Positions 29,571 to 38,710 of a DNA stretch of 64,000 nt are shown one piece after another. A program made the position numbers and the translations under genes. The stretch comes from an uncultured Nitrospiraceae bacterium (lineage in GTDB: Bacteria; Nitrospirota; Thermodesulfovibrionia; Thermodesulfovibrionales; UBA6898): contig CAWEQH010000001.1 of assembly GCA_963811165.1 (NCBI GenBank), forward strand, positions 480,001 to 544,000, written 5' to 3'. A model generated the notes under the pieces. It did not search any database, had not been told where the DNA came from, and saw only the letters and a program-made list of their open reading frames with translations. Positions within the stretch are counted from its first letter, which is position 1; each line of letters starts with the position of its first letter.

Positions 29571-30338
29571 TTAAATTTTTAAAGCCTCGACGCGTGCCAG
29601 CCAGAGGAGCCAGCCCTCGCATAGGTTATCCCGTACCAGGGCGCTCATCGCAGTGTTTGCCTGATGGTTAAGTTCGACTACCCTTCCCGTCATCGGCGAG
29701 ATGAGGTCCTCTGTCTGCCCTCCGCCTGAGAGTATCTTTGCGAAGGGCTCCCCTGCAGCGACCATTTTGATGGTGTCCGGCAGGTCTATATACATCAGCT
29801 GTCCGCCGAGGAGCCAGTATCTGACGTCGCAGCCGATCTCCCATAGCCCGTTCTTCGATGGTCTGGCCCAGGTCCCCTCTTTATAAAAAATGACCGGGTT
29901 TTCCGTGTCCCTTAAGGACACTATCTCGTTTCTGAACTCGTCGATAAAGGCCTTCCGGAGTATCCAGCCCTTATTGTCGAAGACTTTTTTCGCAACGTTC
30001 ATCATGAACTCGGGGGTGAAGGGTTTTTCTATGAATTCGAAGGCCCCGAGTTTTACGGATTCCTTTGCGTCTTCAAGGGTGGGATACCCGGTGATGATCA
30101 CCACGTCCAGTTTTGGCTGAACTACCTTTGCCTCCCTAAGCACCGTGATGCCATTGATGTCCGGAAGCCGGATGTCGGAAATCAGGAGGTCAAATTCCTC
30201 GTTAGAGATCCTTTTGATCGCATCTTCCCCTCTGTCAGTGGTGATAATGTTGTACCCTTCAGCACCGAGGATCCTTTTGCAACTCAGCGTCACAACAGGG
30301 TCGTCATCAAGTACTAATATCTTCCCCTTGTTTTCCAT
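29571..30338 (-). CDS. Receiver domain fused to a GcvH-like (lipoyl-carrier fold) domain lacking the lipoyl-Lys
   Basis: REC: LDDD, SDIRLP, ITGY, KPF; C-terminal TWAR..IG.D..IDLP..GEPF..SPMTGRVVELN..EGWL. Confidence 0.75.
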   Translation of the reverse strand: MENKGKILVLDDDPVVTLSCKRILGAEGYNIITTDRGEDAIKRISNEEFDLLISDIRLPDINGITVLREAKVVQPKLDVVIITGYPTLEDAKESVKLGAFEFIEKPFTPEFMMNVAKKVFDNKGWILRKAFIDEFRNEIVSLRDTENPVIFYKEGTWARPSKNGLWEIGCDVRYWLLGGQLMYIDLPDTIKMVAAGEPFAKILSGGGQTEDLISPMTGRVVELNHQANTAMSALVRDNLCEGWLLWLARVEALKI

Positions 30339-30373
30339 GACCGACCTCCTTTATTAGGTTCGTGGCTATAATC

Positions 30374-30389
30374 AGCAATAAGGATACCA
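30374..30389 (-). promoter_or_regulatory. sigma54 (-24/-12) promoter of the receiver/HydBC/NuoG-like operon
   Basis: TGGTAT-CCTTA-TTGCT (GG-N10-GC) about 35 nt upstream of ATG 30338. Confidence 0.7.
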
Positions 30390-30724
30390 TTTTTTGAAAT
30401 ACTTTAAAATCAAAAAGATATGCGAGGGGAAGGGCGTCTGTTACCCGCTTGGGACGGAGAAGCGTATAGATAAAAAATACACCCGCACCTGCAAAAAAAG
30501 TCGTATCGCCTACGGACGTAACGATCCGGAGGTGTATATTTTTTTTATAAAGAGAGGACACGAGAATAATGACGGTGCAGGAAAAAAGACACCTTTTTCT
30601 TGACGTTCCCCTTCTTCACCCATATAATTCATCAAAAGACCTCACGCGGCACAAGAAATAATGTTAGGCGACAAGTCCCGCAATCCGCGATTAGCCGACG
30701 ATGTCCAGCTGAAAGGAGCAACGA

Positions 30725-31720
30725 ATGAGAAAAGTAATCGTATCAGTGATGGTATCCATTGATGGCTTCTTTGTCATTTGCTTAGCCCTTGCGGCTTTGA
30801 CTATGTTGGCAGGCTGCAGCCGCCCTGCACCCTATCGGGTGCAGGGGTATGTCGAAGGAGAGTTTGTATATGTGGCATCGCCTTTTGCCGGGGCGCTTGA
30901 GGCGCTGCATGTGCAGCGGGGCTCGCAGGTGAAGGCGGGTGATCCGCTTTTCGCGCTCGACAGCTCGCCGGAAAAGGCAGCCCGGGACGAAGCGAAACGG
31001 CGTGTGGATCAGGCCCGCTCGAATTTGGAAGATGCGGAAAAGGGCAAACGGCCAACGGAAATCGAATCCATAGAAGCGCAGCTCAGGCAGGCGCGCTCTG
31101 CGATGGCTTTTTCCGAGAAGGAATTTGAGCGACAGGAAAAAATGATCCGGAACCCGGGTGTGACAGCGGAGCAGGATTTTGACCAGGCGCGTTCGAAGCG
31201 GGACCAGGACAGCCACCGAGTGGCGCAGATTGAGGCAGATCTGAAAACAGCGCAGCTCGGCTCCCGCATCGACCAGGTCGCAGCGGCAGAGGCTAATGTA
31301 CGGGCCCAGGAAGCGGCGTTTGCCAAGGCGGAGTGGGACCTTTCACAGAAGCGTCAGACAGCGCCGCAGGCCGGTTTGGTTTTTGACACACTTTACCGCA
31401 AAGGGGAATGGGTCGCCGCAAGCAAGCCGGTCGTGGCATTGCTGCCGCCTGAGAATATAAAGGTGCGGGCGTTTGTGCCGGAGACATGGATCGGCGCGAT
31501 TCATCCAGGCGACCGTGTGCAGGTCTTCGTAGACGGCATGCGCGGACCTCTCATAGGGAAGGTGAGTTTCATTTCGCCCCAAGCGGAATATACCCCTCCG
31601 GTCATTTACAGCAGGGAGAGCCGCAGCAAGCTGGTTTTCATGATCGAGGCGGTCTTCGAACCCGGGGCGGCGGCGAAACTGCATCCCGGACAACCGGTTG
31701 ATGTGCAATTTGGTTTTTGA
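30725..31720 (+). CDS. HlyD-family membrane-fusion lipoprotein (YbhG-like)
   Basis: LAGC lipobox, QGYVEGE, coiled coil, ISPQAEYTPPVIYS, LHPGQPVDV. Confidence 0.92.
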   Translation: MRKVIVSVMVSIDGFFVICLALAALTMLAGCSRPAPYRVQGYVEGEFVYVASPFAGALEALHVQRGSQVKAGDPLFALDSSPEKAARDEAKRRVDQARSNLEDAEKGKRPTEIESIEAQLRQARSAMAFSEKEFERQEKMIRNPGVTAEQDFDQARSKRDQDSHRVAQIEADLKTAQLGSRIDQVAAAEANVRAQEAAFAKAEWDLSQKRQTAPQAGLVFDTLYRKGEWVAASKPVVALLPPENIKVRAFVPETWIGAIHPGDRVQVFVDGMRGPLIGKVSFISPQAEYTPPVIYSRESRSKLVFMIEAVFEPGAAAKLHPGQPVDVQFGF

Positions 31721-31723
31721 CCT

Positions 31724-32650
31724 ATGACTGAAGACCTCGCCATAGATGTGCAGGGAATGACAAAGCGCTTCGGAGACCTTACGGCCGTCAACCATGTCGA
31801 TCTCCAGGTCCGCACAGGCGAAATCTGCGGCTTCCTGGGCCCAAACGGAAGCGGCAAGACGACTTTTATCCGTATGCTCTGCGGCCTTCTCCGTGCCGAC
31901 GAAGGCAGCGGAACGTGCCTCGGCCATAATGTAATCACCGAGAGCGGGGCGATCAAGAGAGAGGTCGGCTACATGACCCAGCGATTCAGTTTTTACGAGG
32001 ACCTGAGCATCTCCGAGAACCTCGATTTCGTCGCGCGGATGTATTCCATGAAGAACCGCAGCGAAGCCGTTCATGAAAGTATTGAGCGACTCGGGCTCAC
32101 CGAGCGGAAGGACCAGCTCGCCGGCGAGCTTTCCGGCGGCTGGAAGCAACGGCTTGCCCTTGCCGCATGCATGCTCCATCAGCCGAAACTGCTTCTGCTC
32201 GATGAACCTACGGCCGGCGTGGACCCGAAGGCACGCCGCGAATTCTGGGAGGAGATCCATCAGCTTGCCGGCCGGGGACTGACGTTCCTCATCGCAACGC
32301 ACTACATGGATGAAGCCGAACGCTGCCATCGGCTGGCCTTCATCCTAAACGGCAATCTGCTCTCTTATGGCACTGAAGCCGAAGTGATCGAGCAATCTCA
32401 CCTTACGACCTGGTCGGTCAGCGGTCCCGATTTGACCAAGCTCGCCCAGCAGCTTCGCACCCGGCCGGGGGTGGAGCAGACTGTAGTATTTGGCAATATG
32501 CTTCATGTGAGCGGAGATGATGAGACCGCGCTCGAACAGGCCCTCACTCCGTTTCGGACCGGTCAGTATGAATGGCGCCGGGTCGATTCCGGCCTCGAGG
32601 ATGTATTCATTCACCTTATGGACAGAGCGAAGAACGGCCTTTCGTCATGA
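31724..32650 (+). CDS. ABC-2 transporter ATP-binding protein
   Basis: GPNGSGKTT, LSGGW, LLLDEPT, THYMDEA. Confidence 0.95.
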   Translation: MTEDLAIDVQGMTKRFGDLTAVNHVDLQVRTGEICGFLGPNGSGKTTFIRMLCGLLRADEGSGTCLGHNVITESGAIKREVGYMTQRFSFYEDLSISENLDFVARMYSMKNRSEAVHESIERLGLTERKDQLAGELSGGWKQRLALAACMLHQPKLLLLDEPTAGVDPKARREFWEEIHQLAGRGLTFLIATHYMDEAERCHRLAFILNGNLLSYGTEAEVIEQSHLTTWSVSGPDLTKLAQQLRTRPGVEQTVVFGNMLHVSGDDETALEQALTPFRTGQYEWRRVDSGLEDVFIHLMDRAKNGLSS

Positions 32651-33789
32651 ATAAGAGATGGGATTTTTCGTTCGCGCGTTTTTGGGCGATGGTTGTGAAG
32701 GAGTTCATCCAGATGCGGCGGGACAGGGTGACCTTCGCGATCATGGTAGGCGTCCCGCTCCTGCAGCTTACCCTCTTTGGCTTTGCAATCAACTCCGACC
32801 CGAAACATCTGCCTGCCGCCGTGCTCCTGGCAGACAACGGACCGCAGGGCCGCACGTTGCTGTATGCAATCCGGAACAGCGGTTACTATGACTTCGTCAG
32901 ACAGTTAAAGACAGAATCCGAGGGGCATGACGCGCTCGCACGCGGCGAAGTCCAGTTCGTCATAAACATACCGGAGAATTTCTCCCGGGATCTTCTCCGG
33001 GGCGACAGACCCGCCATTCTCATCGAGGCGGATGCTACCGACCCTGCCGCCACCGGCAACGCCGTGGGTGCCCTGCGCACTCTGATGAACACCGCGTTAC
33101 AGAGCGATCTGAAGGGATCATTAGCCTTTTTGGCCGACGCTGACGGCCCTATCGATCTGCGCGTCCATTCGCTTTATAATCCCGAAGCCATTACGCAATA
33201 CAATATTGTACCCGGTCTCATGGGCGTTGTCCTGACGATGACCACGGTCATGATAACAGCGCTTGCGATCACTCGTGAACTCGAAAGCGGCACCATGGAA
33301 AACCTTCTCTCCATGCCGACGCGTCCCCTTGAGGTGCTTATCGGCAAGATCATCCCCTACATCCTTGTGGGCTACATTCAACTGGCGCTGATCCTCGCCG
33401 CCTCGCACTTTCTTTTTCATGTGCCGATGGTCGGAAGTCTCATCCTGCTGCTTGCGGTGGCGCTGGTTTTCATCGCTGCAAACCTGGCGATGGGCCTCAC
33501 CTTTTCCACTATAGCCAAGAACCAACGCCAGGCCATTCAGATGGCGTTTTTTTTCTTCTTGCCGTCGATACTTCTTTCGGGGTTTATGTTTCCCTTCCGG
33601 GGCATGCCGCAGTGGGCCCAGGTGATCGGGGAGATATTTCCTCTTACCCATTTCCTGAGGATCGTCCGGGGGATAGTGCTCAAGGGGAATGGATTCGAAG
33701 ATGTAATGCGGCAGCTATGGCAGATCGCCCTCTTTGCCGCGGTAGCGCTGACGGTCGGGGTGAAGCGCTACAGGAAAACGCTGGATTAG
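32647..33789 (+). CDS. ABC-2 transporter permease
   Basis: KEFIQMRRDR, RE.ESGTME.L, LLSGFMFP; ATG 32647 overlaps the upstream stop. Confidence 0.93.
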   Translation: MNKRWDFSFARFWAMVVKEFIQMRRDRVTFAIMVGVPLLQLTLFGFAINSDPKHLPAAVLLADNGPQGRTLLYAIRNSGYYDFVRQLKTESEGHDALARGEVQFVINIPENFSRDLLRGDRPAILIEADATDPAATGNAVGALRTLMNTALQSDLKGSLAFLADADGPIDLRVHSLYNPEAITQYNIVPGLMGVVLTMTTVMITALAITRELESGTMENLLSMPTRPLEVLIGKIIPYILVGYIQLALILAASHFLFHVPMVGSLILLLAVALVFIAANLAMGLTFSTIAKNQRQAIQMAFFFFLPSILLSGFMFPFRGMPQWAQVIGEIFPLTHFLRIVRGIVLKGNGFEDVMRQLWQIALFAAVALTVGVKRYRKTLD

Positions 33790-33793
33790 CGTC

Positions 33794-35227
33794 ATGAGAA
33801 TATATGAATATATAAGGCCGCTGCTGCAACTTTCCTGCTGCTGCGCTGTCCTTGTCGCACTCTGCTCCTGTACCGTCGGGCCAAATTACAAAAGACCCGA
33901 TGTATCGAATATCACACCAAAAGACTGGCATTGGAAAATTGCCGAGCCGAAGGACACCGTTCCAAAGGGTGAATGGTGGAAGATTTTCAACGATCCTGTG
34001 CTCGATGAATTAGAAACGGGCGCCGTGGCCGACAACCAAAATCTTCAGGCGGCCGTCGCACGCGTCGATGAAGCCCGCGCCGCCGCAAGAATCAGCCGCA
34101 GCCGGTTTTTCCCGGAACTTTCCCTGGACCCTTTGTTGATGCGGGAGCGCACTTCCGCCAATCAGCCGACGCCGATCCCGATTCCGCCGCCATTTACGCT
34201 GTCTTCAGCACACCTGAACACATTCAGCGTCCCGTTCGATTTGAGTTACGAAGTGGACCTTTGGGGCCGGGTGAGAAGGTCCTTCGAAGCAGCGCGGGCG
34301 CAGGCAGAAGCCGGCGCCTCTGATTATCAAAACGTCCTCCTTACGCTCACCGCTGATGTTGCGGTAAACTATTTCCTGGTCCGTTCCCTGGATTCCGAAA
34401 TCGATACGCTCAGGCGGACTGTCGAACTGCGCAGAGAATCCGTCCGGATCTTGAATGACCGTTTTGAAACCGGCGCTATTTCAGAGATCGAGCTCGCCCG
34501 CGCAAAGACTGAACTGACCATTGCCGAGGCCGACCTGGCCGACACGACCCTGCAGAGGGCGGAGACCCTCAACGGTCTTGCACTGCTGTGCGGTAAGCCC
34601 GCTGGCTCTTTTGAAATTGCTGGCCGCCCGGTGACCGCCCCGCCGCCGCTTGTTCCGGCCGGGCTGCCCTCATCACTTCTGGAGAGGCGGCCGGACATCG
34701 CAAGCGCAGAGAGGAAACTGGTGGCCAGGAACGCCCAAGTCGGAGTGGCCGCGGCAGGCTATTTCCCAGTTCTCCGCTTAACGGGACAGGCGGGATACTT
34801 GTCAGCCAAAGCGGACAAATTGTTCTCAGATGACAGCCGGGTTTGGTCGGTTGGGCCCAATGTCACTATGCCGTTATTTACCGGGGGCCGGACGGCAGCC
34901 GAGGTAAAACAGGCCGAGGCGGCTTATCAGGAAGCGCTCGCTGAATATCGTCAGACCGTGCTTACCGCCTTCAAGGAGGTTGAAGACTCCCTTGCGCAAG
35001 TCGTCCTCCGCAGCGAACAGGCCGTCGCCCAGGGCAACGCGGTTGCCTTGGCCGAACGAGTAGCAAAACTGGTAAATGCCCGCTACGAGGCCGGTGCAAT
35101 CAGCCATCTTGAGGTGGCGGATGCCCAGCGGCAGTTGCTTCAGCAGCAACGGGGTGAGGCGGAGCTTGCGGGCCAGCGCTTTGCCGCCAGCATACGGCTG
35201 ATCAAGGCACTCGGGGGCGGATGGTAG
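33794..35227 (+). CDS. Outer-membrane efflux lipoprotein (NodT/OprM family)
   Basis: SCTVGPNY, WWKIFNDP, YEVDLWGR, LLERRPDI, KALGGGW. Confidence 0.93.
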   Translation: MRIYEYIRPLLQLSCCCAVLVALCSCTVGPNYKRPDVSNITPKDWHWKIAEPKDTVPKGEWWKIFNDPVLDELETGAVADNQNLQAAVARVDEARAAARISRSRFFPELSLDPLLMRERTSANQPTPIPIPPPFTLSSAHLNTFSVPFDLSYEVDLWGRVRRSFEAARAQAEAGASDYQNVLLTLTADVAVNYFLVRSLDSEIDTLRRTVELRRESVRILNDRFETGAISEIELARAKTELTIAEADLADTTLQRAETLNGLALLCGKPAGSFEIAGRPVTAPPPLVPAGLPSSLLERRPDIASAERKLVARNAQVGVAAAGYFPVLRLTGQAGYLSAKADKLFSDDSRVWSVGPNVTMPLFTGGRTAAEVKQAEAAYQEALAEYRQTVLTAFKEVEDSLAQVVLRSEQAVAQGNAVALAERVAKLVNARYEAGAISHLEVADAQRQLLQQQRGEAELAGQRFAASIRLIKALGGGW

Positions 35228-35853
35228 GGTCGTATTACCGGGGGCGGTATTCTGGTAGAAATGTGCATCTGATCAAGACGGGAAAAGGGGATCGAAGAGT
35301 GGCGACAAAAATATATCTGGGAATTCTCGGAATAAGGACTTGAACACTCAGCGGCCCGGAATCAAGGAGGGTGAATGAAAGAGCTGATTCCTGTTGAGAT
35401 AATAGAGAGAAGGATCTACATAGTCCGTGGACATAAGGTAATGTTGGATCGCGACTTAGCTGATCTTTACGGGGTAGAGACACGTGTCCTGAATCAGTCT
35501 GTTCGCAGGAATTCAGAGCGATTTCCTGAAGATTTTATGTTTGCTCTTACCCGCGACGAGATCATGAACTTATCACAAATTGTGATAAGTTCCCGCATAA
35601 AGCATGCCCCCAATGTCTTTGTTTTCACCGAGCAGGGAGTTGCAATGCTCGCAGGCGTACTGAACAGCGGCAGAGCAGTCCAGGTCAACATAGCCATTAT
35701 GAGGACTTTTGTGAAGCTTCGGGAAATGCTCTCCTCGAACAAGGAACTTTCCTCCAAATTAAAGCTGCTTGAAACGTATCTTCTTTTTTAAAACTGCGAG
35801 GAACTCCATATGCTGCAATGATTCGTGGGCGATTTCCGATTTCAAGAAAATGG

Positions 35854-37485
35854 CTACAATTTTACCTTAAGCAGATCGAGAATCTTTTGCTGATTGTTAT
35901 CGGGAGTGCAAACTATTCTGCACGAAGCCCCCTGCATTTGAAGTGTCTGTCTTCTTATGCTCTTTAATCTCTCAATCACATACTCAAATGTCCACTTACG
36001 GTTTTTATTCTTGCCGTCAGACTGAAACAGAGGTTTCAGCCTCTGGTTCATATGCCACTGCAAGTAATAGGCAAGTATGCAAATAAACACATGACAGCGG
36101 ATTCGCTCATCTGTTTTGTGATAAACGGGCCGCACTTCAAGTTGTACGCTTTTTAGGTTACGAAAAGCCTGTTCTACAAGCGCGAGCTTTTTATATGCCG
36201 CAACTATTTCCTGTTTTGCCATCAGCCCGGCAGGAACATCGGAGGCAATTATATAACAGCCGTCAATCAATTCCTCAGCCTCGATCTTATCTGTTTTGAA
36301 TTTCCAGGTGAGATGCCCATCCTGTACTGCCCACTCTACGAATTTCTCTGTCTTTGTCTTTCCAAAAATCTTTCCTACTCTTGCCGCTATCTTCTCGGTT
36401 GTCGACTTCCGTTTTGATTGGGCTATCCTGTCTAATGCTTTTCTGGTGACCTCAAGCAAGCCTTTGCGTGTAGTTGCTTCCCTCGTTGCGGTTTTTGGAT
36501 TACGGCATAAACAGTATCGCCGTGCCGGGTCTTGGGGATCCACTACTTCAACAATCTCCTTTTCATCAAACATGTCCACCTGGATCACCTTGCGTTGCAA
36601 AAGCTCGTTTATCTGACGGTGAGTTAATGCCGATACTGTATTGAGCCCTTTCACATCTTTGACCTTCTCGTAATTGGCATGAGTGACCATTCCGCGATCC
36701 CCAACAAAAATTATCTCCTGTATCCCGTATCTTTTCTGCACCTCAGCTATCTTATCGAGGACCGTTTGGGCATCCTGCGTATTTCCAGGGAAAACTTCCA
36801 CACCCACAGGGCAGCCATCAGGACTGCAAAGCAGCCCTATCACCATCTGTTCATGCCCCCGCTTACCGTCACGGTTATATCCGAATTTAACGATCTCACT
36901 GTCTTCATACTCGCCTTCAAAATAGCTGCTGGTTATATCGTAAAGTACAAGCGCCCCGTTTCGGAGATGCTTTTTCGCCAATGTCATTTGGATCGCATCC
37001 TGCCTCTGTAAAAGACGATCCATAGGCCCATAGCACTGTTTATCTACGTCAACCGCCCCTTCTATCCCGCAGAGTTCCCATAGTGCCGTGTCCTCCCATC
37101 TGTGCGATAACGCCAGCTTGCTGCCGCTATATACCAGACGGCCGACTATCATGGCGAGACAGTCTTTAACCCACTGCTCGGAATATCTCGAATAGATCAT
37201 TTTGTCCAACTCTAATTCCTTCGCCAACTGCAATGCCGCATAGGAAGCGCCGTACTCCTTCGATTCTGTAACTTTTTGAGCGTCGGCTGAACCCCTTACC
37301 AGCACATCGCCTCTGAAGGCGGCCTGTATGAGCTTTAATTGTTCAAGGCTCATATCCTTGATGGTCCCATGAGTTGTGTGTCTGATTTCGCCCTTCTCAC
37401 GGAATGTGGTGCGGATGACCCCGTAACACTTGTTGCCGGAGGTTTGTATTTCGAGGTGGGGACGTGGCTTCTTCTTTAATGGCAT
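35854..37485 (-). CDS. IS1634-family DDE transposase
   Basis: LYDITSSYFEG, FGYNRDGK, FPGNTQD, VGDRGM, YK.L..VEQAFR.LK, RPVYH...RIRCHVFIC. Confidence 0.92.
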   Translation of the reverse strand: MPLKKKPRPHLEIQTSGNKCYGVIRTTFREKGEIRHTTHGTIKDMSLEQLKLIQAAFRGDVLVRGSADAQKVTESKEYGASYAALQLAKELELDKMIYSRYSEQWVKDCLAMIVGRLVYSGSKLALSHRWEDTALWELCGIEGAVDVDKQCYGPMDRLLQRQDAIQMTLAKKHLRNGALVLYDITSSYFEGEYEDSEIVKFGYNRDGKRGHEQMVIGLLCSPDGCPVGVEVFPGNTQDAQTVLDKIAEVQKRYGIQEIIFVGDRGMVTHANYEKVKDVKGLNTVSALTHRQINELLQRKVIQVDMFDEKEIVEVVDPQDPARRYCLCRNPKTATREATTRKGLLEVTRKALDRIAQSKRKSTTEKIAARVGKIFGKTKTEKFVEWAVQDGHLTWKFKTDKIEAEELIDGCYIIASDVPAGLMAKQEIVAAYKKLALVEQAFRNLKSVQLEVRPVYHKTDERIRCHVFICILAYYLQWHMNQRLKPLFQSDGKNKNRKWTFEYVIERLKSIRRQTLQMQGASCRIVCTPDNNQQKILDLLKVKL

Positions 37486-37492
37486 GGCTACT

Positions 37493-37521
37493 ATTATAGA
37501 GTATAACAATAGCTATGTCAA
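37493..37521 (-). promoter_or_regulatory. Consensus sigma70 promoter of the IS1634 transposase
   Basis: TTGACA-17-TATAAT; -10 box ends 7 nt before the ATG. Confidence 0.8.
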
Positions 37522-37955
37522 GTATAAAATGCTAATTTATATGGCTACATTTGAAAGCCAAAAATCCAGTAGCATCTTGCCAAATATGGATTTATTGGTG
37601 TTTTCATAAAAGAAAATACGTTGAAAACAGGATAGAAAAGCATGATGGCGAGATAAAAGCCATTTTCGGCGCTATTCGACAGTTGATGGCGCCGCCGGAT
37701 AAGGCGAAGGTGATAAAGGGATTTGGGAAAGGGAATGAATAGACGGAAGGTCAATAGGCTGAAGGGTTTAGCGTAGTCGCCACTTTTTTTTACCGGATGC
37801 TTTTTGTCATTATGCGTGTGAGTCAATGGTTAACCGTGGCAGGGGCAGGCTTTATATTATTGAATTTGATTGTATTCGCGAGGGTGCAATAACAAAAAAG
37901 CAAGGCCTGACCCCCTCACTGGCCGCAAATTTTAGGGGACGGAAGGTAAACGCCA

Positions 37956-38225
37956 ATGTGCAGAAACATAAAGACCCTCTTTAACTTCGAACCGCCTGTG
38001 ACGGACGAAGAGATCCGCGATGCTGCGCTTCAATTTGTAAGAAAAGTGAGTGGCTTTCATAAACCATCGAAGGCCAACGAAGCTGCATTTTTTGCGGCTG
38101 TCGATGAGATATCGGTGGCTTCAAGAAACCTTCTAAGCTCACTTGAGACGAACGCGCCGCCTAAGCATCGGGAAGATGCAGCTGTGAAAGCCCGGGCACG
38201 CGCTCAAAAGAGATTTTCAACGTGA
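37956..38225 (+). CDS. DUF2277-family small protein
   Basis: MCRNIKTLFNFEPP.TDEEI..AALQFVRK.SG...PS.AN. Confidence 0.85.
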   Translation: MCRNIKTLFNFEPPVTDEEIRDAALQFVRKVSGFHKPSKANEAAFFAAVDEISVASRNLLSSLETNAPPKHREDAAVKARARAQKRFST

Positions 38226-38520
38226 CCTTGGGAGCCTGAGGGACACGAATCAACAATCCGGTGTGATGACCCTTTTGTTGCTTTCCCACTTGCTGTACTG
38301 TCTGTATTTGCCTGATGCCTGTTTGCTTATACACTCCACCTGATACACACTGCGGTTATCATCTCAGAAATGAGGATTTTCGCTTATAGCAGGTAAAATC
38401 TGTTTTCTCTTCCTTCCTGTAGTCCGCATAAGTCGAGAAGGTTGAAATGATACACGATTCACCTCCAACTACTCGCCTGGAGACTGACAACAATTATAAA
38501 GATTAGCGAAAGAAACCATG

Positions 38521-38568
38521 ATTTAACGCTGAATTAAGCGGCTTGACCGCTTGTATGTTTGGTTGGAA
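38521..38568 (-). other. Minimal attC-like recombination site
   Basis: Minus strand TTCCAAC-CAAAC-ATACAAGC-GGTCAAGCC-GCTTAAT-TCAGC-GTTAAAT (R''-L''-VTS-L'-R'). Confidence 0.5.
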
Positions 38569-38710
38569 ATCAGGCACTCGAACCATTTCAATGTGCGGCC
38601 CTCTGGCGTCCTCCTCTTTTGCTATCTCTATAAGGCGCAAAGCATTCTGAGAACCAACGTCCCCAAAACGCCACTTGGACAGGGGGAGGGACGCTGGACA
38701 TCCGGACTGA

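Larger units (their letters stand above)
35775..37620 (-). mobile_element. IS1634-family insertion sequence (1846 bp)
   Basis: Ends CGTATCTTCTTTT / AAAAGAAAATACG; 6-bp TSD TTGAAA (35769-35774, 37621-37626). Confidence 0.92.
35375..37742 (+). pseudogene. ORF6N-domain DNA-binding protein split by IS1634
   Basis: RGHKVMLDRDLA.LY.VET..LNQ.V.RN.ERFP.DFMF, FTEQGVAML; removing the IS and one TSD restores ...LLE-NRIEKHD... (171 aa). Confidence 0.9.

Noticed and set aside
29571..30338. Functional glycine cleavage H protein
   Set aside because: Lipoyl-Lys is absent and there are no gcvP/gcvT neighbours
30307..30603. Small ORFs upstream of the sigma54 operon
   Set aside because: They overlap the promoter/enhancer region and have no motif support
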